Shown here: one piece after another, positions 7,017-14,053 of the stretch
How positions within the stretch are numbered: position 1 is the stretch's first letter
Layout: every line of letters starts with the position of its first letter
DNA from: a virus
Taxonomy: Duplodnaviria > Caudoviricetes
DNA length: 29,203 nt
Reading direction: 5' to 3' (one strand)
Virus record (IMG/VR): IMGVR_UViG_3300045999_007911
Location: 1-29,203 of that record
Made by a program: the position numbers and the translations under genes
The notes under the pieces: generated by a model
Seen by the model: the letters and a program-made list of their open reading frames with translations, nothing else
Database searches by the model: none
Told to the model about the DNA's origin: nothing

Positions 7017-7252
7017 AGATTACACGCGAAGAGCTGCAAGCGATCGAGAATCACATCAGCAACATCCCGCATGTTGGCGGTATGTACGCGCCCGTCCTGA
7101 TTGCATGGTGCCGTGCCTTGCTAGACGAGCAGGACGCAGCCTACCGCCGTGGGGCTGAGGTGATGCGCGAGGCGTGTGCGCAGCACCTTGAGCACGCCCC
7201 TAGACCAATCCCGCATTCCATCCGCGCCATCGCGATTCCGGAGGAGCCATGA
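7013..7252 (+). CDS. Accessory protein sharing its C-terminal module with the upstream gene
   Basis: GTG 7013 with GGAGG; AYRRG..MRE...IRA..IPEEP shared with 6420-7016. Confidence 0.7.
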   Translation: MKITREELQAIENHISNIPHVGGMYAPVLIAWCRALLDEQDAAYRRGAEVMREACAQHLEHAPRPIPHSIRAIAIPEEP

Positions 7253-7419
7253 GCGACGACACGCCAAAGGGCACGCGCCGCATTACCGGCGAGGAGGCCG
7301 CACGCATGCTGATTCTCGACGAGGTGCTGCAAAAGTTGGAAGCAATCTACCGAGGCGCGACGCGCACCGACAAGCCGGTGGACTGGAGTCAAGTGATCAA
7401 GGGAAAGGACGAGCCATGA
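7249..7419 (+). CDS. 56-aa hypothetical protein; not in ORF track
   Basis: GGAGGAG SD, ATGA overlaps at both ends; MSDDTPKGTRRITGEEAARMLILDEVLQKL...KDEP. Confidence 0.65.
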   Translation: MSDDTPKGTRRITGEEAARMLILDEVLQKLEAIYRGATRTDKPVDWSQVIKGKDEP

Positions 7420-8093
7420 ACCTCGACGAAATCGAGCGCCGCGCGTCGCGTCGGTCAGACTCGTTCGCGGACCGCGAGGAGTTCAACTTGCACGCCCGCA
7501 CCGACGTGCCCGCGCTCGTTGCCCGCGTGCGGGAGTTGGAGGCGGAGCGGGACGCTTACGCGCGCTCGCACGCCATCCTCAAAGCCATTCACGGCGCGTT
7601 GACCGACGCGCTTCCGAACACACCGATCCCCGCGCCCGATTCGTTTGGCGTGGTGGAGATGGTGCGCAACATCGTAGCTGAGCGCGACCAGGCGCTTGCG
7701 GACTATCAAGACCTAGGCCGCGTCATGCACGAGGAGTGCGCGCGACTGGAGGCCGAGTGCGAGCGCCTGAAGACGTTCGCTGCGCAGAACTTCTCCGCGA
7801 TGATCCGCCAGGAGTCCGAGCAAATGCGCGAGTACGGCCTCAGTTACGAAGGCGTCCGCAAGATGCTCCACGAGTACAACGACGGCGAGATCAGTTTCGG
7901 CAAGCTCATGGACCTGATTCGCGCTGCGGCGCGGGCGATGGCGGAAGAGGAGTGCGCCGCGCTTCGCGCACTACTGGCCGACGCGCATCGAGAACTTGCA
8001 ACGATCGAGGCCATCACCGTCTCGCCGTCCGGCGTGGATGGACTCATCGAACTTGTTCATCGCATCGGCCAAAAACTGGAGTCCAGCAAATGA
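7416..8093 (+). CDS. Ead/Ea22-like coiled-coil accessory protein
   Basis: MNLDEIERR...EF..HARTDVPALVARVRELEAE N-terminal motif typical of Ead/Ea22-like proteins; start reassigned to ATG 7416. Confidence 0.65.
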   Translation: MNLDEIERRASRRSDSFADREEFNLHARTDVPALVARVRELEAERDAYARSHAILKAIHGALTDALPNTPIPAPDSFGVVEMVRNIVAERDQALADYQDLGRVMHEECARLEAECERLKTFAAQNFSAMIRQESEQMREYGLSYEGVRKMLHEYNDGEISFGKLMDLIRAAARAMAEEECAALRALLADAHRELATIEAITVSPSGVDGLIELVHRIGQKLESSK

Positions 8094-8329
8094 GCGGATA
8101 CTTCACCATGACACCAACCATCATCGACAACGACGCGCGCAACCACAACGGAGCAGGGTGCTCCGTCAGCATCACGTTCGAGGCCGGGCACACCGACGAC
8201 CTGGACCGCCCGTGCTTCGACGTGCTCGTGCTCGTGGACGACGAGCGCATGGCGACGCTGACGCTCCACTACGAGGCCGCGATGGGGCTTGTGAAGGCGC
8301 TGAAGGGCGCGATGAGGGCCGCGCCATGA
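8090..8329 (+). CDS. Hypothetical beta-rich acidic protein
   Basis: ATGA overlap, GGAG SD; ends RAAP. Confidence 0.65.
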   Translation: MSGYFTMTPTIIDNDARNHNGAGCSVSITFEAGHTDDLDRPCFDVLVLVDDERMATLTLHYEAAMGLVKALKGAMRAAP

Positions 8330-8634
8330 CCCTCGAAGACCTCGGCCGCCGTGCGATGGCCTGCAAGCATTTCCGTTGGATGGAAGGTATGCAAGTCGAG
8401 CCGCTGCGCTTTCGCGTCGTGTGGCTCACCGAAGACATGATCGGCGAGTCCGACCAGACGTCTTACTTCTGGAAGAACGTGCCCGACATCTACCCCGACC
8501 TCTCCGACCCCGCGACGCTGGGTTGCCTGCTCGTGCTGGTGCGGAGGGCGTGGAATGGAAACGTCGCGCCGGTCTACCCAGACAGCAAAGAGGCGCTGAC
8601 CAAGCTCGTCGCCGCACTGGAGGCCGCGCCATGA
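8326..8634 (+). CDS. Conserved hypothetical phage protein (PDLSDPATLGCLL..VR.AW family)
   Basis: L.RRA.ACK.FRWM.GM...PDLSDPATLGCLL.LVR.AW...LVAALEAAP; ATGA overlap. Confidence 0.7.
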   Translation: MTLEDLGRRAMACKHFRWMEGMQVEPLRFRVVWLTEDMIGESDQTSYFWKNVPDIYPDLSDPATLGCLLVLVRRAWNGNVAPVYPDSKEALTKLVAALEAAP

Positions 8635-8807
8635 ACACATGGTCCGTCCCGAAGGAATGGTGCCACCTCAACTGGCAGCCAGGCTATCCCACGTGCTCGC
8701 GCTGCAAGCGCAACGAGCGCCAGACGTTGCAGCTAGCAGCAGACGCCAAGCCGTATTGCCTCGACTGCGTGCGCGACGCGCTCGAAGCGTTGGAGGCCGC
8801 GCCATGA
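8631..8807 (+). CDS. Small CxxC...CxxC Zn-finger protein
   Basis: CSRC and CLDC; GGAGG SD; ends LEAAP. Confidence 0.65.
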   Translation: MNTWSVPKEWCHLNWQPGYPTCSRCKRNERQTLQLAADAKPYCLDCVRDALEALEAAP

Positions 8808-9019
8808 TCGGTTGGCACTGGAAGCCGCCACACGGTGCGGCGCACTACTACGAGAACGGGCACTCATTCTGCGGCGTGGTGCTCAAGGACCTGCGCTGCG
8901 CAACGTGGGCTCCGACGTGGCAGTGCCGACGCTGCGAGCGTTCACTCGCGATCAGAGTGAAGGACGACGAGCAGGTCATCGTCTTCCGAACGTACCAACA
9001 GATCGAGGTGAAGCCATGA
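8804..9019 (+). CDS. Small His/Cys Zn-binding protein
   Basis: AHYY...SFCG...CRRC; GGAGG SD; ATGA overlap. Confidence 0.65.
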   Translation: MIGWHWKPPHGAAHYYENGHSFCGVVLKDLRCATWAPTWQCRRCERSLAIRVKDDEQVIVFRTYQQIEVKP

Positions 9020-9210
9020 CCCGCGACCACATCACCGTCCACCAGCTCCCCGGCAGCAAGACCGTCACGATCTACTGCGGCAAGTGCACCGGCGCGTTGC
9101 ACCTTGCGCTTCCGGTGCGGGCAAGCGAGCTCACCGAGGCGGTGCAGCAGTTCAGCGGTCGCCATGGGGCTTGCCGCGAGATGCTTGCGGAGGGGCCAAA
9201 GGGCGCGTAG
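9016..9210 (+). CDS. Small CxxC...HxxC Zn-binding protein
   Basis: CGKC...F...HGAC; GAGGTG SD. Confidence 0.65.
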   Translation: MTRDHITVHQLPGSKTVTIYCGKCTGALHLALPVRASELTEAVQQFSGRHGACREMLAEGPKGA

Positions 9211-9265
9211 AAAGAACGAGCCCCCGAGGTCCGGCAAGACCACGAGGGCGAAAACACGACTGGCA
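9211..9265 (-). ncRNA. Candidate OOP-like antisense small RNA with terminator hairpin
   Basis: Minus strand GCCCUCGUGGUC-UUGCCG-GACCUCGGGGGC-UCGUUCUUU; candidate minus promoter TCGACA (9300-9295), 17 bp, TATCTC (9277-9272); immediately upstream of the initiator gene. Confidence 0.4.
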
Positions 9266-9327
9266 AGGAAAGAGATAGCGCGACTCCTCGCGTGTGTCGA
9301 GTGCCTTGCCATCACGCGGAGATGGTT

Positions 9328-10020
9328 ATGGCGGGATGGTACAAGCAACACACGAGCGAGCTCGCCTTGCTCGAAGCGTTCGCAAGGTGCGGACGCGCGG
9401 ACGTGCTCGCGGCATGGCTCCGCGTCACGCGGTGGACCGTAGACCACGAGTCCGACGAGCTCCCGGAAGAGATGGCCGCGGAGCGCGTCACGTTGCAGGA
9501 CGCTGGCCTGCTCATGACCTTTGCGGACCGGTGCGCCGGGCTCACGAAGCATCGCGAAGCAACGGCCCGGTGGAGAGAGCGCAAGGCAACCGCAACCACA
9601 CCTAGCGTGACCTCACGTGATATCACCGAACATCACGTGACCTCACGTGATAACCAAGACAAGACAAGACAAGACAAGAGTTCTATAGAAGATCGAAAAG
9701 AGAACGCCGCTGGGAGCGGCGACGCGGGCGGGTCAAAGCGTGAGACGCGGCAGCAGCTCGTGGCGCGCTTCGACGCTTGGACGCCAAGCGACGAGACGAA
9801 GGCCATCACGAAGGCGCTAGGCTTCAGCATCGAAGCCGAGCGGGTATTCATCCGTGACTGGCTCCTTTCAACGCAGAAGCCGTGGAAAGGGAACTTCGAT
9901 GCAGGCGTGCGCAATTGGGCACGCCGAAACGCGCCCAAGCAAGCCGCGCCGCGTCCCGTCGTCAAAGGATGGGACGACGGCGACACGTGGCTCGGCATCC
10001 CGAAGGGCGGCACCCGATGA
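9328..10020 (+). CDS. Replication initiator / replisome organizer (lambda O-like position)
   Basis: MAGWYK.H N-terminus, basic R..T.RWRERK helix, repeat-encoded linker, C-terminal F..W...W.RN domain; directly upstream of helicase; GGAG SD before ATG 9328. Confidence 0.72.
   Translation: MAGWYKQHTSELALLEAFARCGRADVLAAWLRVTRWTVDHESDELPEEMAAERVTLQDAGLLMTFADRCAGLTKHREATARWRERKATATTPSVTSRDITEHHVTSRDNQDKTRQDKSSIEDRKENAAGSGDAGGSKRETRQQLVARFDAWTPSDETKAITKALGFSIEAERVFIRDWLLSTQKPWKGNFDAGVRNWARRNAPKQAAPRPVVKGWDDGDTWLGIPKGGTR
9603..9690. repeat. Putative replication origin (iterons) inside the initiator gene
   Basis: 17-bp direct repeat CGTGACCTCACGTGATA at 9606-9622 and 9636-9652; TCACGTGA palindromes at 9613, 9633 and 9643; (CAAGA)x5 at 9655-9679; palindrome TTCTATAGAA at 9681-9690. 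Confidence 0.7.
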
Positions 10021-11357
10021 GCTCCCTCGTCGACCTCGAGGCCGAGCTAGCGGCGTGCGTCTTCGTCACCAGCACGACCGCGGCCGCGCGGGCGGGCGTC
10101 TTCGAGCGACTGGAGCCGTCACACTTCGCGCAGCAGCCGTGCGGCGACTTTTGGCGCGTTGCCAAGGCCTTCGAGGCCGAGGGAACGAGCACCGCGTGGG
10201 CGCGGGTCTGCGAGGCGTTGCAGGCCAGCGGAGCGTCGCACCCAAACAGCAGGTCGTGGAAGGATTGGTTTCTCGCCATCCGTGACCAGGCCGCGCCCTA
10301 CCTCACCCGCGGAGGTCTCGCGCCCGACGAGCGAGCGGAGGAGCTTGTGGGCGACCTCTTGAACGCAGCCGAGCGCCGAGAGATTCGGCGCGTGTGCCTC
10401 GAGGGTGCAGCAAGGGCAGAGCAGAAGCGCGAGGCCGGCCAGGCGTTGCGCCAAGAGCTTGCGGAGCGTCTCGTTATCCGCACGGCCGAGCGGGACGAAG
10501 GCCTTGTGTCGACCCGTGAGGCCGCGGTGGAGCTCCTCGAGCGCCTCCAGGCGAGGACGAGCGCGGCAACCCCGAGCCCGTGGCCAAACGTCGACCGTCA
10601 CGCCCCGCTGACGCCTGGAAGCCTCACGGTGCTCGCGGCGGCAACGGGCGTGGGCAAGACGGTGCTCGGCATCCAGTACGCCCGCGCGTGCCATCACGCG
10701 GGAGCGTGGTGCATGTTCGTCGGTCTCGAGATGGGCGCAGGGCAGAACCTCGCCCGCGTGGCCCGGCAGGAGTACGGCATCGAGCACCGGCCCGAGCTCG
10801 CGCCCGAGCCGCTTCGGGCGCAGGCGTATTCCATCCTGACGCGCTCGGTCTCACGACTCGTCGAGGAGGGCCTCCGCATCGAGTGGGCGTGCAGCCCGGT
10901 GCAGAGCACCGACCACGTGGCGATGCGGGCCAAGCTCTTCGGGGCGCGCCTGGCGGAGCAGGGCCAGCGCCTTGGCCTTGTCGTGGTGGACTACCTCGGC
11001 ATCCTGACACCGACCAGCGAAGACGCGCGCAACAGGCGCGAGCGCCACGAGCTCTTCGGCGAATACGCGCTCCGGCTCAAGACGCTGGCGCGCACGCTCA
11101 ACGTCCCGGTCATCGCGCTGGCGCAGCTTAACCGCGAGGCCGAAAAGGCCGGCGCACGCGCCACGCGCGGCATGATCGGAGATAGCTACGCCATCCTACG
11201 GCACGCGGACAACGTGCTCATCCTCACCCGCCCGATACCGGGCACCGAGAGCGAGGGAGCAAGCGAACCCCGCCTCAGTATTCAGAAGGCCCGCGAAGGT
11301 TCGCCAGCCTGGTTCACTCTCAACTGGAACGCCCAACACGAACGGTACGACGCATGA
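10017..11357 (+). CDS. dnaB: DnaB-like (SF4) replicative helicase
   Basis: Walker A AATGVGKT, GLEM, VVVDYL, LK.LA..L.VPVIALAQLNRE, D.V..L.R, K.REG; ATG 10017 overlaps upstream stop. Confidence 0.92.
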   Translation: MSSLVDLEAELAACVFVTSTTAAARAGVFERLEPSHFAQQPCGDFWRVAKAFEAEGTSTAWARVCEALQASGASHPNSRSWKDWFLAIRDQAAPYLTRGGLAPDERAEELVGDLLNAAERREIRRVCLEGAARAEQKREAGQALRQELAERLVIRTAERDEGLVSTREAAVELLERLQARTSAATPSPWPNVDRHAPLTPGSLTVLAAATGVGKTVLGIQYARACHHAGAWCMFVGLEMGAGQNLARVARQEYGIEHRPELAPEPLRAQAYSILTRSVSRLVEEGLRIEWACSPVQSTDHVAMRAKLFGARLAEQGQRLGLVVVDYLGILTPTSEDARNRRERHELFGEYALRLKTLARTLNVPVIALAQLNREAEKAGARATRGMIGDSYAILRHADNVLILTRPIPGTESEGASEPRLSIQKAREGSPAWFTLNWNAQHERYDA

Positions 11358-11599
11358 TCCGCATCGAAGAACATCAAATCAAACGCATCGACGCCATCGC
11401 CAAGGCCGCGGGCGAAGAGGCCGTGGACGTGTTCACGCGCGCCCTCGTGGAGCTCGGCGACGACATGACCGCCGGCGAGCTCACGGGGTGGCTTTGGGAC
11501 GAGAGCGTACGCGTGGGCCTGGAGCAACGCAGCGCGCACCGCAGCAAGCCCGAGCACGTGGCGGCCTGGCAGGCCATCGAGGAGGAGATGGGCGTATGA
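11354..11599 (+). CDS. Small protein, possibly ribbon-helix-helix DNA-binding
   Basis: IRI.E....RID.IA..........RAL pattern; ATGA overlaps. Confidence 0.55.
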   Translation: MIRIEEHQIKRIDAIAKAAGEEAVDVFTRALVELGDDMTAGELTGWLWDESVRVGLEQRSAHRSKPEHVAAWQAIEEEMGV

Positions 11600-11832
11600 C
11601 GACCCGAGGCCCCATGATGCACCTGAACCGCCCGGCCAAGTTCAAGCCGGGCGACACGTGGCACAACTGGACCGTGCGGGAGCTCGTCGTGGCCGGGCCA
11701 CGCGGTGCGGACCGGCAGTGGCTCATCGTCTGCGGGTGCGGATACCAGAGCCGACGATGGGAAAACGAGATGGGAACGCGGGGCGGCAAGTGCGTCTCGT
11801 GCGCCAACGGAGACACGAGGAAGAAGCCATGA
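11596..11832 (+). CDS. Single Zn-ribbon protein related to the repeats in 6004-6432
   Basis: GDTWHNWTV...WLIVCGCG...KCVSC; start reassigned to ATG 11596. Confidence 0.6.
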   Translation: MTTRGPMMHLNRPAKFKPGDTWHNWTVRELVVAGPRGADRQWLIVCGCGYQSRRWENEMGTRGGKCVSCANGDTRKKP

Positions 11833-12482
11833 GCAAGCGACGACTGACCGCCGACGAAATCAACGTGCCCTCGTTCGCGCACGACGTGCCGGGAGGGTAT
11901 CCGGTCTACACGAGCGAGAGCATGGGATGGGATTTGTGCGCGCATATCTTCGCGCCGCATATGCCGAGCCCACGCCCCCGCGTGACGCGATTCGGGTCGT
12001 TTATGCCCACCGAATACCGCGTGCATTGCCAGAAGCTCGCGGCCTCCCTGGCCTACGCGCGAGGGCTTCACGAGGCGACGAAACGCCCCTGGGACGCCCG
12101 CGCAGCCTTCCGTGTGGACCTCGCATTCTGGGGCGAGACGCAACGCGGAGACCTCGACAACCTGGCGAAGACGGTCATGGACGCCGGCCAGCTTCACCGA
12201 GGCGAAACGCCCGGCGCGGAGCTTTGGCAGAACGACCGACAGATCCGCTCGCTCCTCGTCGACTGGATTGACGTGGAGGACGATGCGCAGTGGAGCCAGC
12301 TCGTGGTGAGGGTGCGCGCCATCCCGACCCGTAGCGCCAACATGCCCAACGCGGACGCAGAACAGGCCCAAGAACGAACGAACGGCGAGCCGGGCACCGT
12401 AGGTGGCTTGGAGAGGCCAAAGGCCCGCCAAAGGGCAACGGCGGCCAAGCAAAAGCCAAAGGCCAAAAAGGCCAGCAAATGA
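11829..12482 (+). CDS. rusA: RusA-family Holliday junction resolvase with basic C-terminal extension
   Basis: P.PRPRV...FMP, V.L.F, GDLDNLAKTVMDA, W.ND.QI; ATG 11829 with GAGG. Confidence 0.88.
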   Translation: MSKRRLTADEINVPSFAHDVPGGYPVYTSESMGWDLCAHIFAPHMPSPRPRVTRFGSFMPTEYRVHCQKLAASLAYARGLHEATKRPWDARAAFRVDLAFWGETQRGDLDNLAKTVMDAGQLHRGETPGAELWQNDRQIRSLLVDWIDVEDDAQWSQLVVRVRAIPTRSANMPNADAEQAQERTNGEPGTVGGLERPKARQRATAAKQKPKAKKASK

Positions 12483-12670
12483 GCGAACCCATGGGCAGCT
12501 TTGCGGAATGGCGATGCTCGGAGTGCGGCCGGCTCGAGGTAGCGGAGACGGTGTGGGACAAGCGCGCCCGCGTCTCAAGGTGGCCGATCGGGTGGCGCAT
12601 TGTCGAAAGCGAGACGTTCGCCCGCGTGGTGTGCCCGAGGTGCGTTGCGCAGAGCGACGAGCCGCGCTAG
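12479..12670 (+). CDS. Small CxxC...P.GW...CPxC Zn-finger protein
   Basis: CSEC, WPIGW, CPRC; ATGA overlap. Confidence 0.65.
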   Translation: MSEPMGSFAEWRCSECGRLEVAETVWDKRARVSRWPIGWRIVESETFARVVCPRCVAQSDEPR

Positions 12671-12708
12671 CGTCGCAGGTCTCTCAGATACGCTGAGGGA
12701 ACCCCCCA

Positions 12709-12745
12709 GACCCGTGCCGGGCTTCCCGGTGCGGGTCACTCTTTA
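12709..12745 (+). terminator. Probable intrinsic terminator ending the replication operon
   Basis: GACCCGTGCCGGG-CTT-CCCGGTGCGGGTC 13-bp stem (two G-U) followed by ACTCTTTA. Confidence 0.55.
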
Positions 12746-12783
12746 TACGCGCACGTCATGTGCAAATAACCTGGCAAGACAAC

Positions 12784-12984
12784 ATGAGCGCAACGACGAA
12801 GAGTGACGTGCGAAAAAGGGTGCCGTGTCCAGCGTGCGGAGCCGAGGCCGCGCAGCCGTGCCTTGGCGTCATGCGGACGAACGGCACGCAGCGGAAACGC
12901 GTGGCGTGTCATGCGGAACGGTGGAGCCTCGCGCGCGCACGCGCTTCTCTTTCTGTTGCGTATTCGGTCTCCCCGGCAACCTGA
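12784..12984 (+). CDS. C3H phage Zn-finger protein (CPxCxA...PC...H..R)
   Basis: V.CPACGA....PC...CHAER motif; ATG 12784; no clear SD. Confidence 0.65.
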   Translation: MSATTKSDVRKRVPCPACGAEAAQPCLGVMRTNGTQRKRVACHAERWSLARARASLSVAYSVSPAT

Positions 12985-13074
12985 AAGAAAAAAGAATTGG
13001 TGCGCGCCAGCGCACTAGGCAGGGGTCCGGGGACGGCTATGAGTCCCCGGAAGGCTTCTTATAGAAGCGCGCAC
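12985..13074 (-). ncRNA. Candidate structured RNA (tRNA-sized, ends ACCA, followed by U-tract); not a canonical tRNA
   Basis: Perfect 9-bp inverted repeat TCCGGGGAC/GTCCCCGGA (13026-13051), outer GTGCGCGC/GCGCGCAC repeat, additional hairpins, and an A-tract on + (U-tract on -). Confidence 0.4.
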
Positions 13075-13199
13075 GCGCGCGAAGCAAGAAAGCTCACGAG
13101 TCGCAGGGCGTGTCAAGCGTGAAAGTTTCGCCTTGTGGAAAGCAGCGTAAAACGCTACCAAGAAAGTGAACCTCACCAGACCAGAGGGAGCGCCCCAGC

Positions 13200-13658
13200 A
13201 TGGCCGGAAGACCGACAACGTTAACGCCAGAAGTGGAGGAAAAGATCCTCGACGCGTTGCGTGAAGGTAACTACCGGAGTGCGGCAAGCAGGTCCGCCGG
13301 TATTGATTGGGGCTGTATGCGAAGCTGGATTCGCAAGGGAAATGCAGGGCAGGAGCCGTACGCTGCATTTGTTGCCCGTTGTAAAGAGGCCGAAGGCGAG
13401 AGCGAAGCGGCACTTGTCGCGACAATTCGCAGGGCAGCGAACCAGCATTGGACCGCAGCGGCTTGGCTCCTGGAACGCAAGTACGCGCCCAAGTGGGGCA
13501 AGCGCGAGATGAGCTGGGAGCTTGCAAAGCGTGAGGAGAGGGAGCGCCGCGACAAGGAGCTCGACCAGATCCCGCTCGAGGAGCTCGAGAAGATGGTCGC
13601 AGCGGAGAAGGCAAGGCGAGCCCGTGAGGGTATGCGCATCCCCGAGGCCGCGGAATGA
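13200..13658 (+). CDS. terS: Terminase small subunit (HTH type)
   Basis: GRPT.LTPE....I...L..GNY...A...AGI......W...G ... W.AAAWLLER; GGGAG SD; upstream of terL. Confidence 0.78.
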   Translation: MAGRPTTLTPEVEEKILDALREGNYRSAASRSAGIDWGCMRSWIRKGNAGQEPYAAFVARCKEAEGESEAALVATIRRAANQHWTAAAWLLERKYAPKWGKREMSWELAKREERERRDKELDQIPLEELEKMVAAEKARRAREGMRIPEAAE

Positions 13659-14053
13659 TCCGAATCCGCCCGGCTCGGGAGACCGATGCGGCGTACGTGG
13701 CAGCGACGGCCTTAAAGCAGGCCGGGCGCTTCGTGCGTGCCGTCGACCGCGAGGAGCTCGCCCTCGTGGTGCGTGCGATGCTCTCGAGCTCCCGAATCGT
13801 CGTGGCGTGTTCCGAGACCGACGAGGACACGCTTTTGGGGTGGGCCGCCGCGATTGGTGGCGCACCGTGGTTTCGCTTCGTGGCGCGTGACGCACGGGGT
13901 AACGGTATCGGCGCACGCTTGCGCCTGGAGGTGGTGCGTGGAAGTGACGATCCGATTGGTCAGCGCGGTGCACGTGGATGCGAGGATGCAGGAAACGATT
14001 CGGGTTCCCGAGGAGCGCGTGAGCCTCTCGGCTTTTGGGGTGCTCGTTCGTGA
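13655..14053 (+). CDS. GNAT-family acetyltransferase-like protein
   Basis: IRIRPA...D N-terminus, VVAC...DEDTLLGW, and acetyl-CoA motif V...ARGNGIGARL. Confidence 0.7.
   Translation: MIRIRPARETDAAYVAATALKQAGRFVRAVDREELALVVRAMLSSSRIVVACSETDEDTLLGWAAAIGGAPWFRFVARDARGNGIGARLRLEVVRGSDDPIGQRGARGCEDAGNDSGSRGAREPLGFWGARS

Noticed and set aside
9655-9679. (CAAGA)5 as a phase-variation tract
   Set aside because: Lies in an apparently essential in-frame initiator linker next to iterons; better explained as part of the origin.
12998-13072. Canonical tRNA-Met gene
   Set aside because: No GTTC T-loop, no D-arm and no proper 5-bp/7-nt anticodon arm; kept only as a tRNA-like candidate.
13215-13228. Third operator copy (AACGTTAACG) in terS
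   Set aside because: Only partial similarity, lacks the AACGTACGTT core, and is explained by Thr-Thr-Leu-Thr codons.
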